A DNA stretch of 64,000 nucleotides from the IMG/VR virus record IMGVR_UViG_3300034157_000065, positions 96,001-160,000 of that record. One strand, given 5' to 3'. The notes beneath the pieces were generated by a model that saw only the letters and a list, made by a program, of their open reading frames with translations, was not told the origin of the DNA and searched no databases. Numbering within the stretch: the stretch's first letter is position 1; each line of letters begins with the position of its first letter. Shown here piece after piece: positions 9,912 through 20,120 of this stretch. Source of the stretch: a virus (lineage: Duplodnaviria > Caudoviricetes). The translations under genes and the position numbers were made by a program.

Positions 9912-10541
9912 ATGAGGTCTTCAATAGTGATTAATTTAGTTACCGACAAACCAACCATTAAAACCATTAAATCAGGTTTGAATTCAGAACACATTGAACA
10001 TCATGCCGTTCGGATTGATCACTGGGTGTATAATGCTCAAATCTTCCGCGATTTGCAGATGGATAATAATGGGTTCAAACCCCCTGCTGACATTCTTAAT
10101 TATCTTTATTGTGCTTCTTACAATGACTTTTTAAAAGCCTATAACATTACCAAGAGTAGTTTTGTTTTTGATACCTTCAGACGTTACAAACATTACGCCT
10201 TGGAATACCAAAAAGGATCAGATACCTATTACTTTACCGTTAGCTATAATTCTGAGCGTGGCATGGATATCATCTTTTATCCACACATGATACCTTCTGG
10301 TTTTGATGCTAGGGCTTGGAACGAGTTTGAGGGTGAATTGTATTTACAATATGCAAACCTTATGTATTATTTCTTGTCAGAGTTTTATGCATCAATTTTG
10401 AATCATTTGTTTGATACTTATGATGTTAATTCAATTATTGATAATTTCTCAAAATCATACCGCAATTCAGCCGGTGCTGTTGCTATTTTGACTGAGTTTG
10501 AACAAACTCGTGATATTACTTTAATCATGCCAAAATTGTAA
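9912..10541 (+). CDS. Hypothetical protein
   Basis: 209 aa ORF followed by UUCG terminator. Confidence 0.7.
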   Translation: MRSSIVINLVTDKPTIKTIKSGLNSEHIEHHAVRIDHWVYNAQIFRDLQMDNNGFKPPADILNYLYCASYNDFLKAYNITKSSFVFDTFRRYKHYALEYQKGSDTYYFTVSYNSERGMDIIFYPHMIPSGFDARAWNEFEGELYLQYANLMYYFLSEFYASILNHLFDTYDVNSIIDNFSKSYRNSAGAVAILTEFEQTRDITLIMPKL

Positions 10542-10640
10542 CCAATATGATTCATCAATGACGTTCTTCGGAGCGTCTTTTTTTTGCCTTATTTTTTAGA
10601 TTATGGTATAATAACTCATCATTTTACAGAGATTATCAAT

Positions 10641-11018
10641 ATGCAACCAAAAACAGAATGGACAGACTCGCAAGTGAATGCGAACATTGCCCTTCGTGGT
10701 AGACTTTATGTCTCAGGCTTTCTGTTGTCTGGTGTGCTTAAAGATATTCGTGCTGGTATTTTGGAAGCTCGGGTTAACCTTCATTACGAAGATGATATTC
10801 CAGTTGGTGTTGCTGTTCTTATCACGGATGGCGTTCCTACTAACTATTTATCATCTTATTATGATTTGATGATCTTTGTCCGCACCAGTTATCGTAATCG
10901 TGGCATAGGTAAAAAACTCATTGATGAGATGAAAGTATCCACTAGCTTGAAAGTGGGTCGTGGATCTCGTTATAGCTGTAATTTCTGGCACTCACAGGGG
11001 TTTTACCCATATGAATAA
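10641..11018 (+). CDS. GNAT family acetyltransferase
   Basis: Motif A IFVRTSYRNRGIGKKL and FW...GF; start moved to ATG 10641. Confidence 0.8.
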   Translation: MQPKTEWTDSQVNANIALRGRLYVSGFLLSGVLKDIRAGILEARVNLHYEDDIPVGVAVLITDGVPTNYLSSYYDLMIFVRTSYRNRGIGKKLIDEMKVSTSLKVGRGSRYSCNFWHSQGFYPYE

Positions 11019-11559
11019 TACCAATCAAATTATCAATATTATTATTAGCAGTTTTGTGACTGCTTTTAAAAACAATCGACTCAATGGTTTAGAATTTAAC
11101 TTTGATTTTGAACCCATGAAAGAAGTGTGTGCGTATTTCGACGCTAAACCTGTTGGTGCTTATGGCTGCTTTACTTTTGAACTCGATGGGAAGACTATTT
11201 TTGTCTACAGCACCTATGGCGATTCTGATGCTGCAGAACATGATGAAGAAGAAAACGAAGATGGTATGGTCTTTGGTATTGTCAGTATGGGTTTTTGTTT
11301 TTACCTCGATAAGTTCATTTATTGTTTCGATTTAGACGAATGTGGCACTATTATTCGTTTTTTCAAAACAGTTCAACCGTTCAATGGCACACCGGATATG
11401 TTTAGTGGTAAACGTCCATTCTATCATTATCGGGATAAACAGTCTTTGTCGATGCAGGGGTTTGATAAGAATCTTAATCTTGATGAGCATGAAGAAGCCC
11501 GTAAGTGGACAAGTGGCCCAAGAACTCAGTTTAATCTTGAAGAATTTTCCATTTTGTGA
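11011..11559 (+). CDS. Hypothetical protein
   Basis: ATG overlaps the end of the upstream GNAT gene. Confidence 0.7.
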   Translation: MNNTNQIINIIISSFVTAFKNNRLNGLEFNFDFEPMKEVCAYFDAKPVGAYGCFTFELDGKTIFVYSTYGDSDAAEHDEEENEDGMVFGIVSMGFCFYLDKFIYCFDLDECGTIIRFFKTVQPFNGTPDMFSGKRPFYHYRDKQSLSMQGFDKNLNLDEHEEARKWTSGPRTQFNLEEFSIL

Positions 11560-11591
11560 TATCATTAGTTAAATAATTTGAGGACGCCCCA

Positions 11592-11897
11592 ATGAAAACT
11601 CATTATCTTTCTATTTTCAACCGTGACACCACTACACTTAATCGCACTTGTGTGACTGACCCTACAACCAGCCTGCTTAAAGTCAATGGCGAATTGTCTG
11701 ATGTCGTCTATGCTGCAGCTAAATTCATTGTAACGGATGGTGTGTTGGTTAAAATCAATGAGGGTGGTCGCTATCCTAAGTGCAACATCAACGAAGCACT
11801 CACACCAGAACAGCTTGAAATCATGGAATCTAACTACTCAAAGACAACCACTAAGCATTTGGATACGTCAGATAAAATTGAGGCTATTTTGTCATGA
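11592..11897 (+). CDS. Hypothetical protein
   Basis: GAGG RBS. Confidence 0.7.
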   Translation: MKTHYLSIFNRDTTTLNRTCVTDPTTSLLKVNGELSDVVYAAAKFIVTDGVLVKINEGGRYPKCNINEALTPEQLEIMESNYSKTTTKHLDTSDKIEAILS

Positions 11898-12325
11898 ATA
11901 CCAAGCTCAAAAAAGAAGAAGTGCAACTCTACAAACCGAAGTTTCGGAATAGAACCCATGCACGAATGGAATTTTCTGATTGGCAGAAAGAACTCAATCG
12001 GAAAATTAGACAACAAATGCCCACTGAGCTTTGTTTTCGTGTGGCTATTCGTGATCACTTTCTTGATCGTTTGATGGATCGAGAAGCTGATCCTCGGCAT
12101 ATCAAAAAACTGATTGAAGACACCATTCAGAAAAAAATGTGTGAAATTCTTTTTTTTGGTGCTTTAAATAAAGATTTTCCACGCATGGTTTTTACGGATA
12201 CGATTCACCATGTGATGACAACGTGGTCAGAACATGACCGAACTATCATTTTACGTTCTTATGTTCTTAATAATGATCGCCATGTGGGACTTAATCCAGA
12301 GTTTACCTTAAACCCTCATATTTAA
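11894..12325 (+). CDS. Hypothetical protein with HFLDR motif
   Basis: ATGA overlap with upstream gene; IRDHFLDRLMDR. Confidence 0.7.
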   Translation: MNTKLKKEEVQLYKPKFRNRTHARMEFSDWQKELNRKIRQQMPTELCFRVAIRDHFLDRLMDREADPRHIKKLIEDTIQKKMCEILFFGALNKDFPRMVFTDTIHHVMTTWSEHDRTIILRSYVLNNDRHVGLNPEFTLNPHI

Positions 12326-12392
12326 ACATTTTCATTGCATAAACCATTTTTTACTGGTATAATCTTGCAATCATACTATTGGAGATTTAACA

Positions 12393-12785
12393 ATGTTTAA
12401 AGAAATGTCTCAACCAACTCAAGCTCTTATCGTGGAATCACTTAACAGTGTTGTTACTAAGCTCACTTGTTTCAATGGTGATATTGCTGTTCTGATGGAA
12501 GATGGTGCTGAACCCTACCAACGTATCAATGATGCTGTGACTGATAAGCTTGAAAGCGTTATTGAATTGTTTACCGAAGAAGGCCATGTGATTGATGAAG
12601 TCGATGCCTACGCCAAAATGGTTGTTCTGAAAGCTCTGAACGACCGTATTAAAGAACTTGAAACTTCCATGACTTACTTTGCTCAGTTTGGCGATACTTT
12701 GCCAGTTGAAGAAGTTATTTATGCTTATGAAGGCAAAATCAAAGCTCTTTTTGGTGCTCAGATGGAATTTTTGACTGCGACATAA
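12393..12785 (+). CDS. Hypothetical protein
   Basis: TTGCAT-17-TATAAT promoter, GGAG RBS, UUCG terminator. Confidence 0.75.
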   Translation: MFKEMSQPTQALIVESLNSVVTKLTCFNGDIAVLMEDGAEPYQRINDAVTDKLESVIELFTEEGHVIDEVDAYAKMVVLKALNDRIKELETSMTYFAQFGDTLPVEEVIYAYEGKIKALFGAQMEFLTAT

Positions 12786-13031
12786 TAGACGACACATTGT
12801 TTAAAAAGACCATCTTCGGATGGTTTTTTTATTGTTATTTTTCATAAGGTGTATTATAATACAAGCCTAAATCACAACCATGAGTTTAAAACTATGCCTA
12901 ATTTTAATGTAGATGACGTTGTTGCTGATTTGACCGTTTGTATGAAGAAATTGCAGTATAATTTTGTTGACGAATATTGTTAAATTTGATAATATTGACA
13001 CGTAAACAACCAATCAATAAAGGTGAATAAA

Positions 13032-13169
13032 ATGCAAGGTTCATTTGGTGATGCAACAGAACGTTTTCGGGGTGGTAAGAAAAAAGACACCGAAAAGGCT
13101 AAACATAATCGTCAAGATCAAAGCTTTCGCAACAAACGCCGTAAACGCCACGCTTCGCTTGAGGATTAA
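13032..13169 (+). CDS. Small basic protein (45 aa), not in ORF track
   Basis: AAGGTG RBS; MQGSFGDATERFRGGKKKDTEKAKHNRQDQSFRNKRRKRHASLED. Confidence 0.65.
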   Translation: MQGSFGDATERFRGGKKKDTEKAKHNRQDQSFRNKRRKRHASLED

Positions 13170-13172
13170 ACA

Positions 13173-13457
13173 ATGACTAAACGTGTAATTACTATTAAAA
13201 AAGTTGGCAATGCCAATAATGTCATGTATCGAGATGTGCTTGTTGGGTGTTTCGAAGATGGTGATACAGAGACGCTGGCTATGATTATTGATGGAGCCAT
13301 TGATATCTATATTGCACGTCAAACTTCAAAAGCAGACTCTATGGCAATTGTTCGTGAAGCGTGCGAAAAAGTGGCCGACATTGCTTATGAAATGGGCCAG
13401 AAAGGTCATAACAAGTCCATTTTGAAACGTTTTATTGCTGAAAAATGCACCTTGTAA
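13173..13457 (+). CDS. Hypothetical protein, paralog of 13489-13752
   Basis: V.Y.D...G...DGD..T......A.D shared. Confidence 0.75.
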   Translation: MTKRVITIKKVGNANNVMYRDVLVGCFEDGDTETLAMIIDGAIDIYIARQTSKADSMAIVREACEKVADIAYEMGQKGHNKSILKRFIAEKCTL

Positions 13458-13488
13458 GTTTTTCCCCACTTTCAACTGAGGCTGAATA

Positions 13489-13752
13489 ATGAACCTTATC
13501 ACAATTACACATTTGCCTATGCAACAAGTCAGTAGTGTTTATTACAAAGATGCGTTTATCGGCCTTGTACAAGATGGTGATTTTGTTACTATGCAGCGAT
13601 TGATGAACGAAGCAATGGATCGTCATGTTAAAAAAGAAAAAGAGAAAGGAACTACAGCTCTTTTGAAAGTGGCTCGTGCTGTTTATCGTCTTGATCAAGA
13701 TGAAGTTTCTGAGGCTAGAATGCTTGAAATGGTTAAGGAAGCCTTCGCATGA
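13489..13752 (+). CDS. Hypothetical protein, paralog of 13173-13457
   Basis: GAGG RBS; shared motif. Confidence 0.75.
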   Translation: MNLITITHLPMQQVSSVYYKDAFIGLVQDGDFVTMQRLMNEAMDRHVKKEKEKGTTALLKVARAVYRLDQDEVSEARMLEMVKEAFA

Positions 13753-14222
13753 AGTATATTTCGCTGTCTAACAATGCACAAGCAGTGGCTAGTGCATTGG
13801 GCATTCAAAGTTATAAAATCAAAGATACTATTCTTGATGTCTTCAAAACGATGGAAATTAAATATCCTAATTTTGACGACTGGTTTGGGAAAATCTTCGT
13901 TGAAGTTTTAATGGAAGACGTTCGTCGTGACATTATTCTGGCTATGGATGGAAATAAGATTGCTGGCATCCTTATTTTGAAAGATATGGATGGCGAAAAG
14001 AAAGTTTGCAACATTGTTGTGCTTCCTGAATATCGTAAACAAGGCGTTGCTACTGAGCTTTTTGAGTTGGCTTTTGAATACCTTGGCACTAGAAAACCGA
14101 TGATTTCGATGTCCCAAGATCTTGTTCCAAGTTTTGCAGCATTGATTCGGAAATACAAATTTAAATTGACCAACATTGATTACACCTACAATAAAAATAA
14201 GATAGAATTTTACTACAATTAA
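13749..14222 (+). CDS. GNAT family acetyltransferase
   Basis: Motif A VLPEYRKQGVATEL. Confidence 0.85.
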   Translation: MKYISLSNNAQAVASALGIQSYKIKDTILDVFKTMEIKYPNFDDWFGKIFVEVLMEDVRRDIILAMDGNKIAGILILKDMDGEKKVCNIVVLPEYRKQGVATELFELAFEYLGTRKPMISMSQDLVPSFAALIRKYKFKLTNIDYTYNKNKIEFYYN

Positions 14223-14270
14223 AAGAAAATGGTTGACTTTGTGTTGGTGTTACACTATAATTATCAAATC

Positions 14271-14354
14271 GCGGAAATGGTGGAATGGCAGACACTCTGG
14301 TTTTAGGTACCAGTGCCGCAAGGCGTGTGGGTTCGAGTCCCACTTTCCGCACCA
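14271..14354 (+). tRNA. tRNA-Leu(TAG)
   Basis: GCGGAAA/TTTCCGC acceptor, CTGGT-TTTAGGT-ACCAG anticodon arm, long variable arm, GTTCGAGT T-loop, ACCA end; TTGACT-17-TATAAT promoter. Confidence 0.95.
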
Positions 14355-14432
14355 GTTTATATAAGGCTCACAGTTGTGGGTCTTTTTTTTAACTATTTGT
14401 TGGTATCTTCAATAATTTAAGAGGTTGTTATT

Positions 14433-14642
14433 GTGCCTAAAACCATTCCACTAACCAGAAAGAAAACTAATCAATTACTTTTTGTAGCTGTTTTTTCTTT
14501 TGTTGGTATTTTTATTGGTATGATGATTTTTGGGATTAGTGTCCATCATTTCAACAATCAAAATTCAAGGTATAACACCAATTCTGACAAATCTCAGGAC
14601 TTGATCAAATCTTTCTTTTTTCAAAAAGGAAGTGGTAAATGA
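14433..14642 (+). CDS. Small single-TM protein
   Basis: GAGG RBS, GTG start, one hydrophobic helix. Confidence 0.6.
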   Translation: MPKTIPLTRKKTNQLLFVAVFSFVGIFIGMMIFGISVHHFNNQNSRYNTNSDKSQDLIKSFFFQKGSGK

Positions 14643-15142
14643 TTATTCCTGTCTATCATGATTTTGTCGAAAAATACAAACCCGTAAACCCATTTGAAAG
14701 AGATCCTTATGGTGCCGGTGGTTGGATGACTAATGACAGCTATTATGCTATTCATAAAAAATCCCGTTTCATTGATGTTCATGAAATGTTAAATAGCTTA
14801 TATGAAGATAAATTAGTCAGTTACATCCGTACAGATACTCGCTTAATGTCTGTTGAGCAATTTGAGGATCGATTTTCTATTTTTGATTCCATTGCTAACT
14901 TATGTTTCAATGACAAAGCTACTATGCGATTGTTAATGAAAATGGATATGAACTTGATGAAGCCGGGTCACTGGGTAGACGATTTAAATGTCCCGCACTA
15001 TGCATTAACTCCAGTAGCCTGTCCTATTGATATGAATATGGATATTTATTTTAATACCAGTAGACGACCTTATGAGGAAGTCCGTAAAAACATTTATCTC
15101 GATATTTGTAAAGCCTACATCAATCTCTTCATTCCAGATTGA
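14639..15142 (+). CDS. Stand-alone DNA topoisomerase IA active-site domain fragment
   Basis: LNSLYEDKLVSYIRTDTR (cf. LYE.G.ITY.RTDS), PHYALTP (cf. AHEAIRP), IYLDICKAYI (cf. LYELIWRRF); no Toprim domain. Confidence 0.7.
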   Translation: MIIPVYHDFVEKYKPVNPFERDPYGAGGWMTNDSYYAIHKKSRFIDVHEMLNSLYEDKLVSYIRTDTRLMSVEQFEDRFSIFDSIANLCFNDKATMRLLMKMDMNLMKPGHWVDDLNVPHYALTPVACPIDMNMDIYFNTSRRPYEEVRKNIYLDICKAYINLFIPD

Positions 15143-15191
15143 GTCTTTTCTTCGTTTGTGTTATAATCAACGAAATCTTAGAGGAACTACC

Positions 15192-15770
15192 ATGACCAGT
15201 CTTGATCTCATTTTGAAAAATATGATCCTTTCTGCACCCCATCTTTATCCAACGACTTGGCAGTGTTATGCCTCTATTTTCCTTGATGTGAACTCTGGAT
15301 TTATGTTTGCTAACTCCGAAATTCAATGCCCCTTTGAAGTCAAAGAAAGTCCTGTTATCAATGAGCGATATCTTGAACTCTACAAAACGCTGGCTGTCAC
15401 TGAAACAGGTGAACTGGATTATGGCATGAAGTTGTTGATGAATGATTTCATCAAAGAAAATATTGATGTGATTGTTAATACAAAATGTGTCTATATCGAA
15501 TACCTTAAGCCCTCTCTTGATGATTTAGCTTTATGTTTGGATGAATCCCCTGTCTGGTTGATTGATGATTCTTATCCTGTCGATGTCTTTAAAGCCGCTA
15601 TTGATGTCTTGGAGAAGGTGAAACATTTGCTTTGGAATCATTATGGCCTACATCATTGCCTTACACGTCCTATTGAGCGTGCATCGTGGCAAGAAGTGTG
15701 CTATCATACAGCCTATGTTAAAGTCTCTGAGCGACTTGAAACCCTTAAACCACAAAGGATTCCAGCTTAA
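15192..15770 (+). CDS. Hypothetical protein (family A, paralog of 35988-36572)
   Basis: GAGG RBS before ATG 15192; K.MILS.P and FI..NID.I shared. Confidence 0.75.
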   Translation: MTSLDLILKNMILSAPHLYPTTWQCYASIFLDVNSGFMFANSEIQCPFEVKESPVINERYLELYKTLAVTETGELDYGMKLLMNDFIKENIDVIVNTKCVYIEYLKPSLDDLALCLDESPVWLIDDSYPVDVFKAAIDVLEKVKHLLWNHYGLHHCLTRPIERASWQEVCYHTAYVKVSERLETLKPQRIPA

Positions 15771-16354
15771 TGAAAGCCATTACTGTCATTAACTCTATCA
15801 TTGCTAAATATAACTTGTCCTTTTCCACTCGTTGGCGAGTAATGGAACACCTTTTTCTGGTGAATGGCAATGGCTGTTATTGGACATCCGATGGGTGTCT
15901 TGAAGGCAATGCTGAACATTATCAAGAAACTGATCTGGGTGAGAATAGAATTATTCAGTCGATGAATGAAATGCTGGAACTCACAAAAGATTATGACATT
16001 CCTCAGATGACAGATGCCTATCATTTGCAAATCAGATTTGAGCAAAGTCTTGATAAATTCAAACAAGCCAACATGAAGAAAATTGCGGCTAATCAATTCT
16101 TTTTCTTTGACAGTCAGATCCCTACATTTCAAGACCTGTCCCGTGCTTCGTTTAACCATCTGTTCTATGAAGTGCCTGATAACGTTCAACCTGACTGGAA
16201 AGCCTTGATTGTTGAAACGGCTTGTATTGTCCAGAAAGGCATTAAGGGCAGTTACTTTGTTTCTGGCCCTTTGACTGAACCAGAATCGTGGAGTAACCCA
16301 CAAGCATTTGCCGTTTACATGGCTGCAGAGAATCAGCTAAAATCTCTAAAATGA
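15770..16354 (+). CDS. Hypothetical protein (family B, paralog of 36578-37216)
   Basis: YN..FSTRW.V..H.F...G.G..W and DW..AL..T shared. Confidence 0.8.
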   Translation: MKAITVINSIIAKYNLSFSTRWRVMEHLFLVNGNGCYWTSDGCLEGNAEHYQETDLGENRIIQSMNEMLELTKDYDIPQMTDAYHLQIRFEQSLDKFKQANMKKIAANQFFFFDSQIPTFQDLSRASFNHLFYEVPDNVQPDWKALIVETACIVQKGIKGSYFVSGPLTEPESWSNPQAFAVYMAAENQLKSLK

Positions 16355-16423
16355 TTTCTTAGTCTATTGATTTTTCGTCCTACTGTGTTATAATGGCCTT
16401 CTTAATTAGGGAGGGTCATTGTC

Positions 16424-16915
16424 ATGTCGAAAAATCATGAAATCGAAAATCTTGAAGATAAAATTTTCACGACCTTACGCCGTCATGGGAACTATTCTAT
16501 CCCTAAAAATGCGGTGAGCATCTACGCACCTATCCTTACTCTGCTTACTAAAATGAGTGAAGATGGCTTGGTAGTGCAAACTGAAAACCCTAATAACATT
16601 ATTTTCAACACGACAGAAAAAATGGATCAAACAGTTGTTATTCGTGGTGTGACTGCAGATAAAGTCCGTACAGGATTCCACCTTTGCCGTCAAAAGAATG
16701 ATGAAGTTGTTGCACAGGTTAATTCTCGCAACCGTGAAGTTTATATTAAGGATATTGACTTTCTTGGTGTTGTTCAGTCTGTGGAAACAAAAGAAGTGCC
16801 TGCTAATATTTGGGAAAAGCTTACTTTTAGAAAAAACAGCTTGAAAACAGTGATTAAATTCAAATACAAAACACTGGTGGTGTCTCCTGAAACTGAGTTG
16901 ATGAAAGTTCGTTAA
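16424..16915 (+). CDS. Hypothetical protein
   Basis: AGGAGG RBS. Confidence 0.75.
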   Translation: MSKNHEIENLEDKIFTTLRRHGNYSIPKNAVSIYAPILTLLTKMSEDGLVVQTENPNNIIFNTTEKMDQTVVIRGVTADKVRTGFHLCRQKNDEVVAQVNSRNREVYIKDIDFLGVVQSVETKEVPANIWEKLTFRKNSLKTVIKFKYKTLVVSPETELMKVR

Positions 16916-17048
16916 TTCTTATGATATCGTCATAATATCAATATAATTAAAATATAAAAAAATGATGGCAATTCATCTAGAACAAGCATTTCGGTGCTTG
17001 TTTTTTTTTAAATGCATAGTTATACTATTTTAATTATGGAGATTTACA

Positions 17049-17369
17049 TTGTTTAAAATTATTAGTTTATTTGGCATTATAGCCTTCTTATCTGGGTGTG
17101 GTGGTGATACTGTAATCAGTGAAGCCCCGCGTGAATTTATCGTTTTGGAATACGATGAACCTTATGGTTTTAGTGTTACGCTTGAAGACCTGATTACTCA
17201 TGAGATCTATAAAGATGTTTCAGTTTCCAGAACGTGTGATGATTACGCAAAGCTAAAAATTGATTCCATCTGGTCATTCCCTGTGACGACTTATGTGGAC
17301 AATTCTGGCACATCCTATTCCGTTGTAGATGCTACTGATTTATGCGATAAACTAGAAAAAATGCTGTAA
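17049..17369 (+). CDS. Lipoprotein
   Basis: Lipobox LSGC; GGAG RBS with TTG start. Confidence 0.7.
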   Translation: MFKIISLFGIIAFLSGCGGDTVISEAPREFIVLEYDEPYGFSVTLEDLITHEIYKDVSVSRTCDDYAKLKIDSIWSFPVTTYVDNSGTSYSVVDATDLCDKLEKML

Positions 17370-17416
17370 AAACTTCTATATTCATGGTATAATTAGGCAT
17401 TCTTCATGATAAAAGG

Positions 17417-18103
17417 ATGTCTACCATGATTTCACTTAGCCCTCAATTAAACGGTCCTTTGAGTAAAATTAAAGAACTCATCAAACGTTATAAACTTTCA
17501 GAGTTTATTATTTCAGCATTTGTCCATGAAACCATTTGTATTGTTGTTATGGCCGGAGTTTTTGCCTATGGCCTTGATGTTCAAAGCCGTGAGATTATCA
17601 CCTTTACTGCTTTTAATGGTATCACCTCCTTTTGTTTGTTTTTGTTCATTCTTTGGATGACAACTAAAGCTCAGCTTCCCGATCATTATTACAGTTGGTC
17701 AACAGCTATCAATTATGGGGCTGCTATTTTGCTGTTACCTTATGCTTTGTTTATTGACCATAAGGCTATGATAGCTATTTCAATGATCTTTTTCTTTGTG
17801 AATATTTTTAACTTGTGTGTCCTGTTACACATTTTGAACTTTCGATCAAACTATTCTCATGATTGGAGTGCTTTGCGAAAACTTACCACTGTTAAAAATC
17901 ATTTTAAGTTCAAGCTTTCAATGGGCCATAAATTAAATGTTATCATGCCTAATGGTTTCGTGACTATTTACTTTGATACACTTTCCTTTAATGGTGTAGA
18001 TTATGATTTGTATCATCTCACCAAATACTTTGAAACCCATGATCTAGATTTATACACCGCCACGGATGATGATTTTAAACTGTTTGAAATGATCCGATAT
18101 TAA
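17417..18103 (+). CDS. Four-TM membrane protein, tandem family 1 of 3
   Basis: YYS..., IFN, LRKL and C-terminal T.DD.K..EM shared. Confidence 0.75.
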   Translation: MSTMISLSPQLNGPLSKIKELIKRYKLSEFIISAFVHETICIVVMAGVFAYGLDVQSREIITFTAFNGITSFCLFLFILWMTTKAQLPDHYYSWSTAINYGAAILLLPYALFIDHKAMIAISMIFFFVNIFNLCVLLHILNFRSNYSHDWSALRKLTTVKNHFKFKLSMGHKLNVIMPNGFVTIYFDTLSFNGVDYDLYHLTKYFETHDLDLYTATDDDFKLFEMIRY

Positions 18104-18126
18104 TTACGTTAACTAAGGGTTTACCT

Positions 18127-18789
18127 ATGAATAAAATTATATTTTTTTGTCAACGTTTGTTTGTCTCATATTCTGTGTCTTTGATGGCTATTATTTTTTC
18201 TATTTTTTTTGGAATAGCTAACTCAGGCATTGTAGAATCTGATATCATTGGAATTGTGGTAACAGGTTGCTTAGCCTTGGTTATGCTTGTTATGTGTGCG
18301 GATGGCCGTACAGAAATCAAAAATATTACTTACTATTCAAAAGTGGCGAGTCTAAACTATCTATTCAGTCTTTTTTTGATTGTGTATACTGTTTTAATGA
18401 AAGGCTTTCATATATATTTCATGTTGGCACCTGCTCTATTATTAAGTATTTTTAATATATATCTGTGTTTTAAAATGCAATCAAACCTTTCTAATCTAGT
18501 TGTGGTTCCTGAACTGCAAAAGCTCCGTAAATTGCTACCTGATGTCAAACACATCAAGATTGATTATGATTACACTTTTTTGAAACCCACTGATTCCCCA
18601 CGGTATGAACCAAGAGCTTATAAAATTATCACGACGCTTGGAAATCTACTTTTTGATGGAAAATTCTTTTATCTGAATGGTAAGACTTATGAGATAGCTA
18701 ACTTTATTTCTGGTTACCGATCTTGCGAGATTGACATGGATACATCAACACCAGAAGATGCGAAAGTTTTGGAAATGTTTTGTGTCTAG
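18127..18789 (+). CDS. Four-TM membrane protein, tandem family 2 of 3
   Basis: LSIFNI, LRKL.PD.KH, ends TPEDAKVLEMFCV. Confidence 0.75.
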   Translation: MNKIIFFCQRLFVSYSVSLMAIIFSIFFGIANSGIVESDIIGIVVTGCLALVMLVMCADGRTEIKNITYYSKVASLNYLFSLFLIVYTVLMKGFHIYFMLAPALLLSIFNIYLCFKMQSNLSNLVVVPELQKLRKLLPDVKHIKIDYDYTFLKPTDSPRYEPRAYKIITTLGNLLFDGKFFYLNGKTYEIANFISGYRSCEIDMDTSTPEDAKVLEMFCV

Positions 18790-18878
18790 AAGCATTGAAA
18801 CATGCTATTTTGAGCTATTAAATTAGCTAGTAATAGTGTATAATCAAGTTCTATTTTAAATAATGCCATGAGGTATTT

Positions 18879-19541
18879 ATGAAACCGCTAAACATCTTAC
18901 GTCAATTAAACCTCGCTTCTTTCATTATGTTGGCGTGTGCTATTTATTGTGCTGTGGCTTCCTTTCAGTATGTAACAGTCAATAGCAATCAGTTTTTCTT
19001 TGCTGTCGGTGGTGTCACTTCGGTGATGTTAGGTTTTGCAGTGGTCTTGAATGTATTGAATATTTTCATGATGCCGCGAGATAAGTTCTATTCCAACGGT
19101 GCATGGACATTCCATTTGCTCAGTGTGCTGCTATTGTTTACATCGTTTACAGCACCCGAAGAATATTTGATCAACTTTATCAGTATCGGTGTGCTTTCAA
19201 TTTTCAATATTGTCGTCTTTTTAAGCACGATGTCATTTCGTTCTCGTGAATCGACATTGATTAATCAACTCCGCAAACTGTTTCCTGATGAAAAACATTT
19301 TAATTTCGATATTGATTTCAAATTTAAGAAAGATTTTATTGAAGAAGCTGACCATAGTTATTTTTCGGCTATTCGTGTCTTAACACCCTTTGGTAAAGTT
19401 GTCTTTGTGGGGGATGATTTCTATTTTGATGAACGTTTCCATGAAGCTAAACGCTTTGTTACTAGCCTTAAAGATTGTGGTTTTAAATTTAACAAAGCGA
19501 CACCCGATGAAATGAAAGTTGTTGAAATGCACGTTTATTGA
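18879..19541 (+). CDS. Four-TM membrane protein, tandem family 3 of 3
   Basis: LSIFNI, LRKL.PD.KH, ends TPDEMKVVEMHVY. Confidence 0.75.
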   Translation: MKPLNILRQLNLASFIMLACAIYCAVASFQYVTVNSNQFFFAVGGVTSVMLGFAVVLNVLNIFMMPRDKFYSNGAWTFHLLSVLLLFTSFTAPEEYLINFISIGVLSIFNIVVFLSTMSFRSRESTLINQLRKLFPDEKHFNFDIDFKFKKDFIEEADHSYFSAIRVLTPFGKVVFVGDDFYFDERFHEAKRFVTSLKDCGFKFNKATPDEMKVVEMHVY

Positions 19542-19582
19542 ATTTTACATAATCATTTAACCATTTTAAATTAGGAGTTCCT

Positions 19583-19771
19583 ATGCCCACTATTACACAA
19601 CGTTCAAAAGATGATTTGCTACACGATATGATTTGTTTTTATCGGGATGACTATGACGAACTAGCCAGTCTTATCAGGAACGGCCTCAAAGGCATGAATG
19701 ACATGGATGAAGCTGAGTTGCTGGCTCTGTTTCGAGAGTATGGCGTTGAGCCTGCTTTTGAGGTGGAATAA
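19583..19771 (+). CDS. Hypothetical protein
   Basis: AGGAG RBS. Confidence 0.65.
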   Translation: MPTITQRSKDDLLHDMICFYRDDYDELASLIRNGLKGMNDMDEAELLALFREYGVEPAFEVE

Positions 19772-20043
19772 TGGCTAAGTTGAGTTCGTTATTCAGTTGG
19801 ATTAAAAAGCCTCGGGATAACCTGTATGAGCTTCGTAGCGAGGCTCAATCGCTTATTAGCCAAATCGAATCTCGCTTGTATGCACAAGAAACTCGGGAAG
19901 GATATCTTAACTCCATGAGGACTCTAAGATCGAGTCGAGAACTGTTGCAAATGCTTGATGGCACCAGTGAGGCTAATCAAATTCTATTCTTGAAAAAAAT
20001 GATTAAGCGATTAAAGCCTATTAGCAAAATAAAACATTGTTAA
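19771..20043 (+). CDS. Hypothetical protein
   Basis: TAATG coupling to upstream gene. Confidence 0.65.
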   Translation: MAKLSSLFSWIKKPRDNLYELRSEAQSLISQIESRLYAQETREGYLNSMRTLRSSRELLQMLDGTSEANQILFLKKMIKRLKPISKIKHC

Positions 20044-20120
20044 ACATCATAACATTCTTGCAATACAATAGAAATTATGTTATTATTGCGGTCTTAACAG
20101 CTAAACATATAAGGTGAAAC

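Noticed and set aside
14161-14352. ORFs across tRNA-Leu (and 28763-29124 across tRNA-Cys)
   Set aside because: Typical spurious translations of tRNA genes
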